In this document: one piece after another, positions 19,747 to 30,834 of the stretch
Layout of the letters: every line of letters begins with the position of its first letter
How positions within the stretch are numbered: the stretch's first letter is position 1
Assembly (NCBI GenBank): GCA_965195345.1
Contig: OZ239628.1
Span: forward strand, 1,696,001-1,760,000
Length of the DNA stretch: 64,000 bases
Direction of reading: 5' to 3'
Source of the DNA: an uncultured Thiomicrospira sp.
GTDB lineage: Bacteria; Pseudomonadota; Gammaproteobacteria; CAKMZV01
Notes under the pieces: generated by a model
Database searches by the model: none
What the model saw: only the letters and a program-made list of their open reading frames with translations
Told to the model about the DNA's origin: nothing
Position numbers and translations under genes: made by a program

Positions 19747-21054
19747 ATGAATTTATTTAATATTAAATTACCGAGCGACCGCGCAATATACTACAGAGAT
19801 AATATTGAAGGTAATTCATTTTTTTTAATTCTAGCCACATTGACCGTTTATTGTTATTTTTGCCTTGGTCTTGTCCTACCTTTTGCTCATGGAATCCCAG
19901 CAATTTTGCTAATAATTTTAGGTGTTTGGAGTCTAATTAGACATACGCCCACATCAAATCCCTATCCATCAAAATGGTTACTGGCGATGTACCTATTACC
20001 GGTTATAACCGCTATTCCTCACTTGATGATGGACAATGACTTTGAAGTGCTTGACACGCCTTCGCGCTATCTTCTTGCAATACCGTTGCTTTGGCTTATA
20101 CCATTCATTCGTATTAATGCACAATTCCTCTTATTCAGTGCTGCCTGCGGATTATGGGTTGGTGGTATTGGAGCACTCCTAGGATATTTCAATTTCATAG
20201 ACTATTACTCCCCTCCTCCACGGTTGGCTCTAATAAACGGAGTCCATGTTATCTTCTATGCATACTTACAGGCAGCTCTTTTTATCATAACTTTTGCGTA
20301 TCTTCTTTTGCTTAGACCCACCAAGCGTTGGTTTATTATTTTCATATTAGGTGGGTTAGGGCTAGGCTTTTTTGCACTATTTTCATCAGGCACACGAGGA
20401 GCATGGCTTTCATTAATAATTATTTTGCCCACTTTAGTATTCATGCAGTACAAACCGAAAAAACAAAGTCTTTGGAGACTCCTCTTTCCCCCCTTGACTA
20501 TTCTTTTATTAATAATAGGTTCATCCCAAATTCCTCATGTAAAAAAGACCTATAGCGAGGATATCAATGAAATAAAGAGTTACATTGCTTCCAATCAACT
20601 TGGAAACTTTGCGAAAAGTAGTTTTGGAGAGCGGGTTATAAGATGGCATGAAGCATTGCTACTATTTTCAGAACGACCGTTGCTTGGTTGGGGCTATCAA
20701 GATCGCTTTGAACGTCATCAACAATATATAAAAGAAGGAAAAAGCCATCACTACAAAGTCGATGGACTAAAATCTTCAACGCATAATGAAATATTACACA
20801 TGGCCGCCCAGCGAGGTATTCTCGGACTGATTGCTCTCTTTCCTCTTTACATAATCCCAGTTTGGATAGCGTGGAAAAAAGAAAAAGTTGTTCGTATTCC
20901 GATTATTTGCTTAGCAGCAACATACTTTATTTCAGGCCTTACAGAGTCTCCTCTACTCTATCATCAAGCGACTGCATTATTTTATGCTTTTACCATTCCT
21001 CTGCTTTTATCAGCAAAAACCGTACCTATTAAACAGTCGGCTACTCCTGTTTGA
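19747..21054 (+). CDS. O-antigen ligase (Wzy_C/WaaL) family protein
   Basis: Polytopic; SGTRGAW, SSFGERVIRW, PLLGWG and HNEILHMAAQRGILG motifs. Confidence 0.9.
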   Translation: MNLFNIKLPSDRAIYYRDNIEGNSFFLILATLTVYCYFCLGLVLPFAHGIPAILLIILGVWSLIRHTPTSNPYPSKWLLAMYLLPVITAIPHLMMDNDFEVLDTPSRYLLAIPLLWLIPFIRINAQFLLFSAACGLWVGGIGALLGYFNFIDYYSPPPRLALINGVHVIFYAYLQAALFIITFAYLLLLRPTKRWFIIFILGGLGLGFFALFSSGTRGAWLSLIIILPTLVFMQYKPKKQSLWRLLFPPLTILLLIIGSSQIPHVKKTYSEDINEIKSYIASNQLGNFAKSSFGERVIRWHEALLLFSERPLLGWGYQDRFERHQQYIKEGKSHHYKVDGLKSSTHNEILHMAAQRGILGLIALFPLYIIPVWIAWKKEKVVRIPIICLAATYFISGLTESPLLYHQATALFYAFTIPLLLSAKTVPIKQSATPV

Positions 21055-21076
21055 AACACTTTGATCGTTCACAGCA

Positions 21077-22273
21077 ATGTTTGATTTACTGAGACAAAAC
21101 AAAACCACACTTTATGGTGCTAGCGCCTTAACCATCATCATATTAATCTTGGTCTGCTCAATTCCCTTTCAACAAGGACCGCTGATTTTTGAAACACTTC
21201 ATCACGTCACTGTTCAATTCTTAAAAGGAAACGATCCCTATTCTTCCTTTCCACAATACTATTTATACAAATACAGTCCCACTTTTTTGCTTTTAGTCTT
21301 AACCCCATTAGCGCAGTTTGAAGTACTACCTGCTGCAATACTGTGGCAGTTCATTTCAGTGGGATTGTGGTTCTTTGGATTGATGCTATTGCTTGCTAAA
21401 TTGCCCTTTAAAACATGTCCAAGTTGGGGTTGGATGCTGTTGATTGTTTTTTCAACCTTACATGATATTTTCGCAAACAGCGTTTATCTTCAATCAAATG
21501 CTATCGTACTAGCAGGCATGATGTTTGCAACGCATTTTTATCAAAAAAAACACTGGGCTTTGGCTGCTTTGATGCTTGCCTTTGTAACTAACATGAAAAT
21601 ATTTCCTATTGTTTTTATGCTTCTCCTTTTCTGTGACAGACAATACCGATTTATTATGTGGAGCGTCTTATTTTCAATGCTTTTTGCCATAGTTCCTTAC
21701 GTCACTATAGGAATCGGAAAAGCAAACCTTCTATACCAAAGTTGGATGAACAACTTAATTATTGATCGCTCTCTGATATGGGGGGAAGATATTCATCATT
21801 ACCTCAGTATTAAGCCTTTCAGTCAACTGCACTTTAACTATGTGTGGGGAGATAATTACATTGTTTTGTTAGCAGCAGTCGCACTGGTTGTCGCATGGAT
21901 TGTTGTTCGTCATCGAGACAAACAAGCTTTTTCTACTGTACAAACACACCAAATATTGGCACTCTCTTTATCATTCATTTTATTATTCAATACCCGCACT
22001 GAAGGACCTTCTCTAGTTTTTCTGACTGCCATATACCCTTTCCTCTGGTCATGGATATACACTCAGTCTACCAAGAAACGTTTTTATAGTTGGTTATTAA
22101 CAGCTCTATTCATTCTAACCTCTTTATCAACAACCGATATATTCAGAAATACTTGGATTCAACAAATCTCATGGGACAACAATCTGCGTGCATTGGGCAT
22201 CCTATTTCTTTTTATATGGATTATTCTCACCGTCATCAAGCGACAAAAAATGACGGAGAAAGAAGGCGTTTAA
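21077..22273 (+). CDS. GT-C fold membrane glycosyltransferase (GT87/DUF2029-like)
   Basis: YKYSPTFLLL, QSNAIVL and NMKIFP motifs; polytopic. Confidence 0.75.
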   Translation: MFDLLRQNKTTLYGASALTIIILILVCSIPFQQGPLIFETLHHVTVQFLKGNDPYSSFPQYYLYKYSPTFLLLVLTPLAQFEVLPAAILWQFISVGLWFFGLMLLLAKLPFKTCPSWGWMLLIVFSTLHDIFANSVYLQSNAIVLAGMMFATHFYQKKHWALAALMLAFVTNMKIFPIVFMLLLFCDRQYRFIMWSVLFSMLFAIVPYVTIGIGKANLLYQSWMNNLIIDRSLIWGEDIHHYLSIKPFSQLHFNYVWGDNYIVLLAAVALVVAWIVVRHRDKQAFSTVQTHQILALSLSFILLFNTRTEGPSLVFLTAIYPFLWSWIYTQSTKKRFYSWLLTALFILTSLSTTDIFRNTWIQQISWDNNLRALGILFLFIWIILTVIKRQKMTEKEGV

Positions 22274-22309
22274 TTAGAATACTTAAATTGTCCCAAAAAA
22301 ACTCCGTCT

Positions 22310-24835
22310 TCACAATCTTGAAATAATCTTTTCAATCTGTTCTTTGCTATTGATTGAGCAATTACTGTTCAGCACACGTTCAAGCTGTGCTCTTGCTTTA
22401 AGCTTATTGCCTTCAGGCAAGTGTTGTACACCATCAAAACCAGTGAATATACGAGCTGCCAATTGTGCGTTTTCGCTATCCACTCTAATCAAAGACTCCG
22501 ATACCAATGCGTACCCTTTCCCATCTTCACGATGAAAAGCAACCATGTTTTGCATAAACGGTACCAATAATCCGCGCACTCTATTGGGTAGATTCCAATT
22601 GAAATCAGGATGATCAAACAATGCTTCAGCGACTTCTACTGTTGTTTCAACTGGCGGAAGCATTGATAAAGCAAACCAACGATCAATCAGCAAAGATTCT
22701 CCTTTTGCTTGCTCATAGAAATCTGCTAAAAGCCCTGTCCGACGACGGCATTCTTTTTTTGGTCTAAGCAGTGCCGCTGCAAGAGCACCCAGCCTTTCTG
22801 TCATATTCGTTGCCGTTTCAAACTGTTTGGATGCGTAATCTGGCTGATCAATAGCAATAAAACGTAGTAGCTGATTTCTCAATGAACGAATACCTATTTG
22901 ATCTGCCGCTGGACTATAGGGTTGAGTTAATTCTGTTGATAACTGAGTATATCGCTCTATAAGTACGTCACCCAGCTCTTTCCCAATTTCTTTGATTATT
23001 TCTTGGGTGCGTTTGCATAAATTTAAAAAATCCATTCCCCCTTCCGATAACAATGAACGAATTCCAGGCATTTGTAAAAGAAAGCTCAATAGTTTTGGAT
23101 CAATGCCTTGCTCAGCAACAAGAATGGAGATTGCTTTAACAAGCGTATTTATATCGAGTTTTCCAAGCATTGCAGCTTGAAAATTGCGTCTCGTGGCAAA
23201 CCAGCGATTATATGCATCATTGTCGTATTGCATGAGATGCAACCAATCACTATCACTTGCATCCCACTCCAAACGGACTGGGGAAGACAATCTTCGCAAT
23301 GGGGAGAGTACGCTGCCTTCAGGTACATCTTTAACAGTTATTTCTAAGTGGGGTTCGTTAAAGACAATCATTTCATCATCTTTCAAGCAGCAACCTTTAC
23401 TATCTATAACACCATAGACAAAAGGAATGGGTAGTATGGCATTATTCTGGCAATGTTGCTGCAATTCAATAGTTAAACAATCATTCGACCATTTTGAACG
23501 CACTTTCAATGTTGGCGTGCCTGCTTGATCATACCAACCTTTCAACATCGACAAATCTACTCCATTCGCCTCTCCCATCGCATCCCTAAATTCTTCAACA
23601 GTTGCGCCAGTGCCATCGTGTTTTTTTAAATAATGTCGCAACCCCTTATTAAAACCCTCACGTCCAAGTATTGTTTGGTATAGGCGGACTACTTCTGCGC
23701 CTTTTTCGTATATAGTATGTGTGTAAAAATTATTGATTTCAGCATACTCTTTGGGTTGGATTGGATGCGACAATGCGCCCGCATCCTCAACAAATTGTAA
23801 ATCCATCAAAAGCTGAACGTCTTCAATGCGTTTGCAAACACCATCGCGCATATCAGCCGTAAACTCCTGATCACGAAATACCGTCAACCCCTCTTTTAAA
23901 GTTAATTGAAACCAATCACGGCAAGTTACGCGATTGCCCGTCCAATTATGGAAATATTCATGAGCAACCACTGACTCAATACGTTCATAATCAATGTCAG
24001 ACGCCATGTCAGATTGGGCAAAAACCAATTTGGCATTGAAAATATTCAGCCCTTTGTTTTCCATCGCACCAGAGTTGAAATGATCAACTGCAACGATGTG
24101 AAAAACATCCAAATCATAGCTCAGCCCGAATCGCTCCTCATCCCAGCGCATCGACTTTTTTAAAGATTCCAAAGCAAAATAACATTTATCAATATGTTGC
24201 CGCTCGGCATGAATTTTCAAAGTAACTTCTCGACCCTCATTAGTGGTAAAACTGTCGGCTTTTGTAAGTAATGGACCTGCAACCAAGGCAAATAAATAAC
24301 AAGGTTTAGGATGTGGATCTACAAAAGTTGCAAAATGCCGCTGTAAGTCCAGCGATCCTTGGTCGATACAATTACCATTACTTAACAAGATGGGACATCG
24401 CTCAATATCGGCTTCTATTCGCACTGTAAATTGTGAAAGAACATCTGGGCGATCGGGAAACCACGTAATACGTCGAAAACCTTCTGCTTCGCATTGTGTA
24501 CAGTAGATACTATTTGAATAATATAACCCTTCAAAACATTTATTGCGCTTAGGATCAATGCGTACAATAGTTCTAAGATGCACATCATTTGGCAAAGCAT
24601 GAATACTCAATGTATCTTTGTCTATCGTATATTGTTCACAGTCTAATAATGCGCCATTTACTTCTGCTGAAATCATCTCAAGGTCCTCACCGTTGAGCAC
24701 CAACGTATTCTCTTCACCTTTACTCTGAAACCTCAAATAACTATGCACTTCACAGTAGTCATCATAGAGTTTAAATGTCAAAGAAACCATTTTAAGGTTC
24801 CACGGATAAGCCTTATAATCTTTCAAATAAAACAT
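22310..24835 (-). CDS. pepN: Aminopeptidase N (M1 family)
   Basis: TQCEAEGFRRIT, GAMENKGLN, HEYFHNWTGNRVT and YEKGAEV motifs. Confidence 0.97.
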   Translation of the reverse strand: MFYLKDYKAYPWNLKMVSLTFKLYDDYCEVHSYLRFQSKGEENTLVLNGEDLEMISAEVNGALLDCEQYTIDKDTLSIHALPNDVHLRTIVRIDPKRNKCFEGLYYSNSIYCTQCEAEGFRRITWFPDRPDVLSQFTVRIEADIERCPILLSNGNCIDQGSLDLQRHFATFVDPHPKPCYLFALVAGPLLTKADSFTTNEGREVTLKIHAERQHIDKCYFALESLKKSMRWDEERFGLSYDLDVFHIVAVDHFNSGAMENKGLNIFNAKLVFAQSDMASDIDYERIESVVAHEYFHNWTGNRVTCRDWFQLTLKEGLTVFRDQEFTADMRDGVCKRIEDVQLLMDLQFVEDAGALSHPIQPKEYAEINNFYTHTIYEKGAEVVRLYQTILGREGFNKGLRHYLKKHDGTGATVEEFRDAMGEANGVDLSMLKGWYDQAGTPTLKVRSKWSNDCLTIELQQHCQNNAILPIPFVYGVIDSKGCCLKDDEMIVFNEPHLEITVKDVPEGSVLSPLRRLSSPVRLEWDASDSDWLHLMQYDNDAYNRWFATRRNFQAAMLGKLDINTLVKAISILVAEQGIDPKLLSFLLQMPGIRSLLSEGGMDFLNLCKRTQEIIKEIGKELGDVLIERYTQLSTELTQPYSPAADQIGIRSLRNQLLRFIAIDQPDYASKQFETATNMTERLGALAAALLRPKKECRRRTGLLADFYEQAKGESLLIDRWFALSMLPPVETTVEVAEALFDHPDFNWNLPNRVRGLLVPFMQNMVAFHREDGKGYALVSESLIRVDSENAQLAARIFTGFDGVQHLPEGNKLKARAQLERVLNSNCSINSKEQIEKIISRL

Positions 24836-24878
24836 TTTTTCCTTATTATTTTAATAATCCAAAGACACCAGTCCGTTC

Positions 24879-25520
24879 TTATTGGGCTGATATAGGATTG
24901 AAATTTAATCGTTTTTTTAACTTAAACAAATGCTCGTATCCTTCCCCTCCTGGTACATTTTTTTCTTTATTTGAAAGGACATGTTCAACTTCAAAATATC
25001 TTTTGCATTCACTGTAAACATCTTCTGCAGTTAGGGAGAACGGAGGCGATTTTTCGCTGTTATGCTCCAATGCGATCAAAAAAACTTCTCCATTATCACG
25101 CAATAATTCAGCAATTTTTGCCAAATAATCATCCCGCATATGCTTTGGAAGTGCGATCAATGCTGCTCGATCGTACACTGCATCAAAATCATTGGCATAG
25201 GTAAAAAAGTCCGTACAGTGAACGAAAAGGTTTTGGCATCTATATACTTGTTCAGCGTTATTCTTTTGTATTTGCGCCTGTAAACCCGTTTCTGCAAAAA
25301 ACGATTCTATAGCGTGTTGATTAATTTCCACTGCGTGCGTCTCAACACCAAGATTCTTAAAAAAAACCATGCATTGCGCCTTGCCACACATTGGAACCAA
25401 AATCTTTTTAGGCTGACCCATCACTTCCTTCCAATATCTAATCAACAACGGATGCATGCCTCCCAAATCAAAACCAATACGGTTTTCATGCCAACGACTA
25501 TTCCAATATTCAATATCCAT
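24879..25520 (-). CDS. Thiopurine S-methyltransferase family SAM methyltransferase
   Basis: WNSRWHENRIGF, ILVPMCGK, YDRAALIALP and PPFS motifs; likely start ATG 25520. Confidence 0.9.
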   Translation of the reverse strand: MDIEYWNSRWHENRIGFDLGGMHPLLIRYWKEVMGQPKKILVPMCGKAQCMVFFKNLGVETHAVEINQHAIESFFAETGLQAQIQKNNAEQVYRCQNLFVHCTDFFTYANDFDAVYDRAALIALPKHMRDDYLAKIAELLRDNGEVFLIALEHNSEKSPPFSLTAEDVYSECKRYFEVEHVLSNKEKNVPGGEGYEHLFKLKKRLNFNPISAQ

Positions 25521-26967
25521 AATCAAAAAACCGTTGCATTGTTTCCTCGCTTCCCAAAATAGCAAAATCTATACGAGCACGAGTTAATGCTGTGTATAGT
25601 AGCGAACGCATGAACAATCGTTTATCCATAGTGTCATCGACCCAAAGCCAGACGCCATCAAACTCAGATCCTTGCGACTGATGAACAGTAAGAGCCCACG
25701 CTTGAGAAAAGTAAACAGAAGCCTCATCTATCAATATCGCTTTGTTCTCATGATTAAAAACCACCAAAAAATCCCCTTTCTCGCTTGTGACCTTAAAGCC
25801 TTGATCGCCTTTTGAGTATTGCGAACCACTTCCTTCCAATATAATCGGCAAAATGCCTGCTAAGGCAAAAAAACTGGACAAATGGCTGTTAATTGCCATC
25901 AATCCTTTGCTCCCTTTACGTTGAGGAGTCAGCAGGGCAAATCGTGACTGACTATTCAATAACTCTTGCCATTTTTCTTCTTTAACTAATTCTTGCCAAT
26001 TTGCAACTTTGTCTGAATAAAGTTGTTCTAAATGCTGAACTTTATTTGCTTCTCCCAAAAATAATTGAGCATGCATGTCTTCTGCTTTGAAGACTGAAAA
26101 CTCATTATTGAGAACCGCTAGAGCAAGACGGTCTATTCGACTATCACCGCCAAAACGGTAACGTTGCTGTAAATACACTATATTTGCAGGCTGATACTCT
26201 TCAACCAATTGAATGACACCCCCTAATTCGACACTATCAAGCTGATTTGCATCCCCCATCCAAACAATGTGCCGTACCCATTTGCTTGCTTTGAGTAATA
26301 CAGATGCTAACTCAAGAGTGAGCATTGAAACCTCGTCCACTACTACCAAATCGTAGGGTATTGATTCAACCTTAGCATTCACGTCTGATCCAAGACCGAG
26401 AATATTATGCAATGTGCCAACAGTAATATTACTGGCGTTATTATTTTTACTAAGCGATTCTCGTAATCTTGAAGCTGCTTTGTTTGTTGGGGCGCAAAGA
26501 GCAATATCTATGTCAGATTTTTGACTGATGCAGTACTCAACTAAATGCGTTGCAATAGTTGTTTTCCCAGAACCTGGTCCTCCGCAAATAAAGTTAAATC
26601 CACTTTGTAAACTTTTCTCTATTGCTTGATTCTGCTCTTCCCCTAACGCTGGAATAGAAGTATAAGCGGTTTCTATTCTTTCATTGCAACGATCCCGCAA
26701 AAGGTTTATTATGTTTTGTTTTGCTTGCCAGAATCGACCTGGAACCAATAAATCTTCCTCAATCACCCAAGGTGCTAAGGTTGTTTTCACTATCGGCAAT
26801 CCATACAATACTTTGCGATCAATTGACGGCGGAATCTGAACACCATACGTCGAATTTTCAAGACACTCAATAAACGCATCATCAAGAAAATCAATAACCG
26901 CATCAGGAGCGTCGACTTTAAAAGACTTTAATAAATTCCGTGTTAAATGCACTTCAATCCGAATCAA
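25510..26967 (-). CDS. RecD-like SF1B helicase
   Basis: GGPGSGKTT, APTNKAASRL, VVDEVSM, GDANQLDSV, ALTVHQSQGSEF and LLYTALTRAR motifs. Start codon uncertain. Confidence 0.88.
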   Translation of the reverse strand: MIRIEVHLTRNLLKSFKVDAPDAVIDFLDDAFIECLENSTYGVQIPPSIDRKVLYGLPIVKTTLAPWVIEEDLLVPGRFWQAKQNIINLLRDRCNERIETAYTSIPALGEEQNQAIEKSLQSGFNFICGGPGSGKTTIATHLVEYCISQKSDIDIALCAPTNKAASRLRESLSKNNNASNITVGTLHNILGLGSDVNAKVESIPYDLVVVDEVSMLTLELASVLLKASKWVRHIVWMGDANQLDSVELGGVIQLVEEYQPANIVYLQQRYRFGGDSRIDRLALAVLNNEFSVFKAEDMHAQLFLGEANKVQHLEQLYSDKVANWQELVKEEKWQELLNSQSRFALLTPQRKGSKGLMAINSHLSSFFALAGILPIILEGSGSQYSKGDQGFKVTSEKGDFLVVFNHENKAILIDEASVYFSQAWALTVHQSQGSEFDGVWLWVDDTMDKRLFMRSLLYTALTRARIDFAILGSEETMQRFFDYGY

Positions 26968-28135
26968 ACATTAACCGAATATTGTGAATAGCTTGACGGA
27001 TACGCTGGGGATTTTCAATAAGACTAAATCGTACATGCGTGTCACCTAAAGCACCAAAGCCTATCCCAGGGGATACTGCGACCGACGCATCCTTGATGAG
27101 TTTTTTAGAAAACTCTAATGAGCCCATATGTTGATATTTTTCAGGAATACGAACCCAAGTCATCATTGAAGCTCTGGGAGGAGTCACTTGCCAACCAATA
27201 CTATTCAGCCCTTTACATAAAGTATCTCTGCGCTCACGATACATGTTGACTATTTCATCAACACAATCTTGAGGCCCTTCAAGCGCTTGAATTGCCGCAA
27301 CTTGAATGGGTGTAAACGTCCCATAGTCCATGTAAGACTTTATTCGTGCCAAAGCAGCGACTAATTTACTATTTCCAACCATAAAACCCACACGCCAGCC
27401 AGGCATGTTGTAGGTCTTAGATAATGAATAAAACTCAACCGCTAATTCTTTTGCACCTTTCACTTGAAGCACTGACGGCACTGGATCGCCTTCATAAATA
27501 ATGTCCGCATAAGCCAGATCATGAATCAACCAAATTTCATATTTTCTACAAATTGCCACAACCTCTTCAAAAAACGAAAGATCCACACACTGTGATGTCG
27601 GATTACTAGGGAAGTTCAACACTAATGCTTTCGGTCTTGGAGTAACTGAAATAAGGGAATACTTCAAATTTTCAAAAAAAGCCTCAAGATCATCGTCTAA
27701 AGCAACATGTCGCACATCGGCTCCAGCAATTACAAAGCCATACGTATGAATTGGATAACATGGATCAGGAACCAGTATAGTATCACCAGGACCTGAAATA
27801 GCCATTGCCAAATGCGCTAACCCCTCCTTTGAACCAATGGTAACAATTGCCTCACTTTCAGGATCAATGCTTACATTAAATTTCGTAGCATAACGACGAC
27901 ACATTGCTCTACGTAATGCTGGAATTCCTCGGGATTGGGAGTAGCGATGTGTATCATCACGTCTTGCCGTTTCAACGAGCTTATCAACAATGTGTGTTGG
28001 GGTTGGCTGATCAGGATTTCCCATACCAAAGTCAATGATATCCTTACCTTTTTTTCTTTCCAAAGTACACAAGCTTCCGATGACGTTGAATACGTAAGGA
28101 GGCAATCGTTTTATTCGAAAAAAATCATCATTCAT
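26954..28135 (-). CDS. alaC: Alanine transaminase (class I PLP aminotransferase)
   Basis: RIKRLPPYVF, IDFGMGNPD, TIGSKEGLAHL and SKTYNMPGWRVG motifs. Confidence 0.92.
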   Translation of the reverse strand: MNDDFFRIKRLPPYVFNVIGSLCTLERKKGKDIIDFGMGNPDQPTPTHIVDKLVETARRDDTHRYSQSRGIPALRRAMCRRYATKFNVSIDPESEAIVTIGSKEGLAHLAMAISGPGDTILVPDPCYPIHTYGFVIAGADVRHVALDDDLEAFFENLKYSLISVTPRPKALVLNFPSNPTSQCVDLSFFEEVVAICRKYEIWLIHDLAYADIIYEGDPVPSVLQVKGAKELAVEFYSLSKTYNMPGWRVGFMVGNSKLVAALARIKSYMDYGTFTPIQVAAIQALEGPQDCVDEIVNMYRERRDTLCKGLNSIGWQVTPPRASMMTWVRIPEKYQHMGSLEFSKKLIKDASVAVSPGIGFGALGDTHVRFSLIENPQRIRQAIHNIRLMFDSD

Positions 28136-28296
28136 TTTAAAATCTCGGTTACATACTCCTTGAGTGCAACTTTTGCCAATTAATTATACAAACGACGCGC
28201 AGGTTCGACAACAGGGAGCATGGTTATATGGACGTACTAAATAGACATGACAATTATACAGAAACCAAGTTAATCAACTCAAACGAATCGAGGAAA

Positions 28297-30156
28297 ATGA
28301 TTATGATCCAGAAACACCCCTTACTATCTATACTGCCTATACTGCTCATAACTATGAGCTCCTACGCATCCGCCACTAAGGTCAACTGGTACGACTGGAA
28401 TAAATCAGCTTTTGAACAAGCAAAAAAAGAAAAAAAAATGATCCTCATCAATGTTGGTATGGAAGGCTGTGCCGCATGCGCTCGAATGGATAAATTTACT
28501 TACGACGATCAGAGCGTAGCAGACATAATCAATAAGTACTTTATTCCTATCGCTGTTGACAGCGAGGCACGCCCTGATATTGGCGAGCGCTACTCCGATT
28601 GGGCATGGCCTGCCACTGCCTTTTTAAGCCCCGATGCAGTACAAGTCTTCGCTATGGCAGGTAATCGTTTTCCCAGAAACTTTATCCCTATTCTCAATGA
28701 TTTGATCGACAAGCAAACCAAAGGCATACTAAAACCCGATCCTAATTCACCGTATGCCGCGCCACCTAAACCAGTAAAAACTGCACTTGACGACATTCGC
28801 AATCAAATTCGTAACCAATTAGATCGCAATCTAAACGAGAGTAATGGTGGCTGGAGCAATAGTGCCGTTAATATGGAATACAGTGGTTCTCGCTTGCGCC
28901 ATCTCCTCTTTCGTAGCCATTTATACGGCATGCAAAATCTTGAAAAAATTGCTTTGAAAACCGTTGATAATTATGTACGTTCGATTGATCCAGTCTGGGG
29001 AGGAGCTTATGAAGTTGTATTCCACCAAAACGCCAAAGTACCTCAGCGCTTTGAAAAAATAAGAGCAATTCCTGAAAAGAGAATTTCTTCACAAGCCAAT
29101 GCCATAAGCGGTTTTGCATTAGCATATCAATTAACAAAAGATGAAAAATACCGCAAAGCAATGAAGTCAATGTCGTCATTTTTGCATAACTGGTTCACAT
29201 CGCCCAAAGGATTGTTCTACACGAATCAAAAATCAGAACCAATCGAATTCCCTGATAATTTGCAAATGCAAGATTATTGGGTTATTGAAGATGATGCAAA
29301 GCGTCGCGCTTTAGGCATTCCACCAATTGATCATGCCACCTATACCGACCAAAATGGCGAGATGATATCGGCGTTAGTACTTGCATTTGAGGCTTTTTCC
29401 GATCCTCGTTACAAGGCAATGGCAGAACGCACTGCTAAAGAATTGTTACGCACGCGTACCCATAAAGATGGCTGGATGATAAACGCTCAATTAAACAATC
29501 GCGTGGTTAATGATGCTCGCATGCGTCCCTATGACATAACTCAACGCCCCTACTTGAGCACTCAGGCTAAATTCGGACAAGCACTGCTTGATCTCTATCG
29601 CATAAATGGGAATAGCGAATTACTCATTGCTGCTCAACGCATTGCCGATGCCATGATAGATCAATTAGGAGATAGTGAGAATGGAGGCTTTTGGGGAGCA
29701 CCATTAGATGATGTATCTGCGCTTATAGCTCCAAGAAAACCCATTGAAGATAATGGCAGTGCTATTTCCTTTTTATATGACTTATCCGTTTATGTTAAAG
29801 AACCAAAGTATGAAGAAATCGCACGCCTTGCCGCTCAAGGTATATCTGATCCATCCATACTAAGACGAGAAGGAAAAATCACTGCTCACTTAGGGTTAGG
29901 GTTAGAGAAACTAAGTGCTGAGTACGTCGAGTTTTCTATCGTAGGCGATGAAAACGATCCAGCTGCCAAAGCACTTTATCAAGCAGCAAACCATGTCTAT
30001 CACCCACGAAAAATCGTTCACTTTGAAAAGCCAGGACGATACCCGAAAAAAGATTTTGCTGCAGCATACATCTGTAATCCAAATCGCTGTTCAGTGCCAT
30101 TAAAAACGCCTGAAGAAGTTGTTAAAGTCGCGGAAAGTTATCGTTCGCCTCAATAG
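28297..30156 (+). CDS. Exported thioredoxin-domain protein, YyaL/SSP411 (DUF255)-like
   Basis: Signal peptide after the GAGG RBS; VNWYDW, CAAC, VDSEARPD, WPAT and AYICNPNRCSVP motifs. Start 28297 or 28303 rather than 28228. Confidence 0.85.
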   Translation: MIMIQKHPLLSILPILLITMSSYASATKVNWYDWNKSAFEQAKKEKKMILINVGMEGCAACARMDKFTYDDQSVADIINKYFIPIAVDSEARPDIGERYSDWAWPATAFLSPDAVQVFAMAGNRFPRNFIPILNDLIDKQTKGILKPDPNSPYAAPPKPVKTALDDIRNQIRNQLDRNLNESNGGWSNSAVNMEYSGSRLRHLLFRSHLYGMQNLEKIALKTVDNYVRSIDPVWGGAYEVVFHQNAKVPQRFEKIRAIPEKRISSQANAISGFALAYQLTKDEKYRKAMKSMSSFLHNWFTSPKGLFYTNQKSEPIEFPDNLQMQDYWVIEDDAKRRALGIPPIDHATYTDQNGEMISALVLAFEAFSDPRYKAMAERTAKELLRTRTHKDGWMINAQLNNRVVNDARMRPYDITQRPYLSTQAKFGQALLDLYRINGNSELLIAAQRIADAMIDQLGDSENGGFWGAPLDDVSALIAPRKPIEDNGSAISFLYDLSVYVKEPKYEEIARLAAQGISDPSILRREGKITAHLGLGLEKLSAEYVEFSIVGDENDPAAKALYQAANHVYHPRKIVHFEKPGRYPKKDFAAAYICNPNRCSVPLKTPEEVVKVAESYRSPQ

Positions 30157-30161
30157 AGTGG

Positions 30162-30614
30162 TGTAGAGCTCTTCTGCATCTTCTTTTCCCTGATATGGTT
30201 TCAACTCAAACCTTCCACATTGATCATCTGCATCCCCGTAGCGCGTTTGAAAAAAAGATGTTCAAATCATATAATTTCCTGCAAAGTAACGAGACATTAC
30301 ATGGATTTTTCTCTGATTCAAAGCATTGGAACTCCATAGCAAATCTTCATTTACTCAATGGCTCGCCGAATCAATCAAAAAGTGACAGGCCTTTAGCTGA
30401 ATGGCTCAATGATAACAATGTCAATTTGCGAGCACAAGATCTGCTTGTTGAAGAGGTTAGTTTAGACTTCGAAACGTTCAAAGAGTTCTATGAAAAACGA
30501 AGGGCAAACCTAAAAGAAAGATTGAAAAGCCGTGTGTTCATGTCAGCGCAATTATCATTGCAACCAAAAGCTGAAGACTCAGATGATGAAGTGGCAAGGG
30601 ATGCAAATATTTAA
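30162..30614 (+). pseudogene. C-terminal fragment of a GmrSD/DUF262-DUF1524-like restriction protein
   Basis: LLHLLFPD...FHIDHLHPRS...NSIANLHLL...NQSKSDRP HNH-like motif. The protein-like frame extends upstream of the called ATG to the previous gene's stop, and the N-terminal domain is missing. Confidence 0.75.
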
Positions 30615-30834
30615 TATAGTTGCTTTATTTTAAATTTTATGTACGAGCAGCCATGATTGATTTATCCCAATTCAACACAATTGTGAACAAGCACCAAGCA
30701 ATAGATCAATGATTTGGTGATGTTGGATCAACCATAGGCATTCCTCAGGAAATTAACGACTGCTGCAAAGGCTAAGTACTTTTTGCAAGTCCAGCAAAAG
30801 TTGTGTGCAATTGAACTAGTACTTGTTAGTTTTA

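Noticed and set aside
28195-28222. tRNA T-arm-like GCAGGTTCGAC
   Set aside because: No complementary T-stem or cloverleaf around it.
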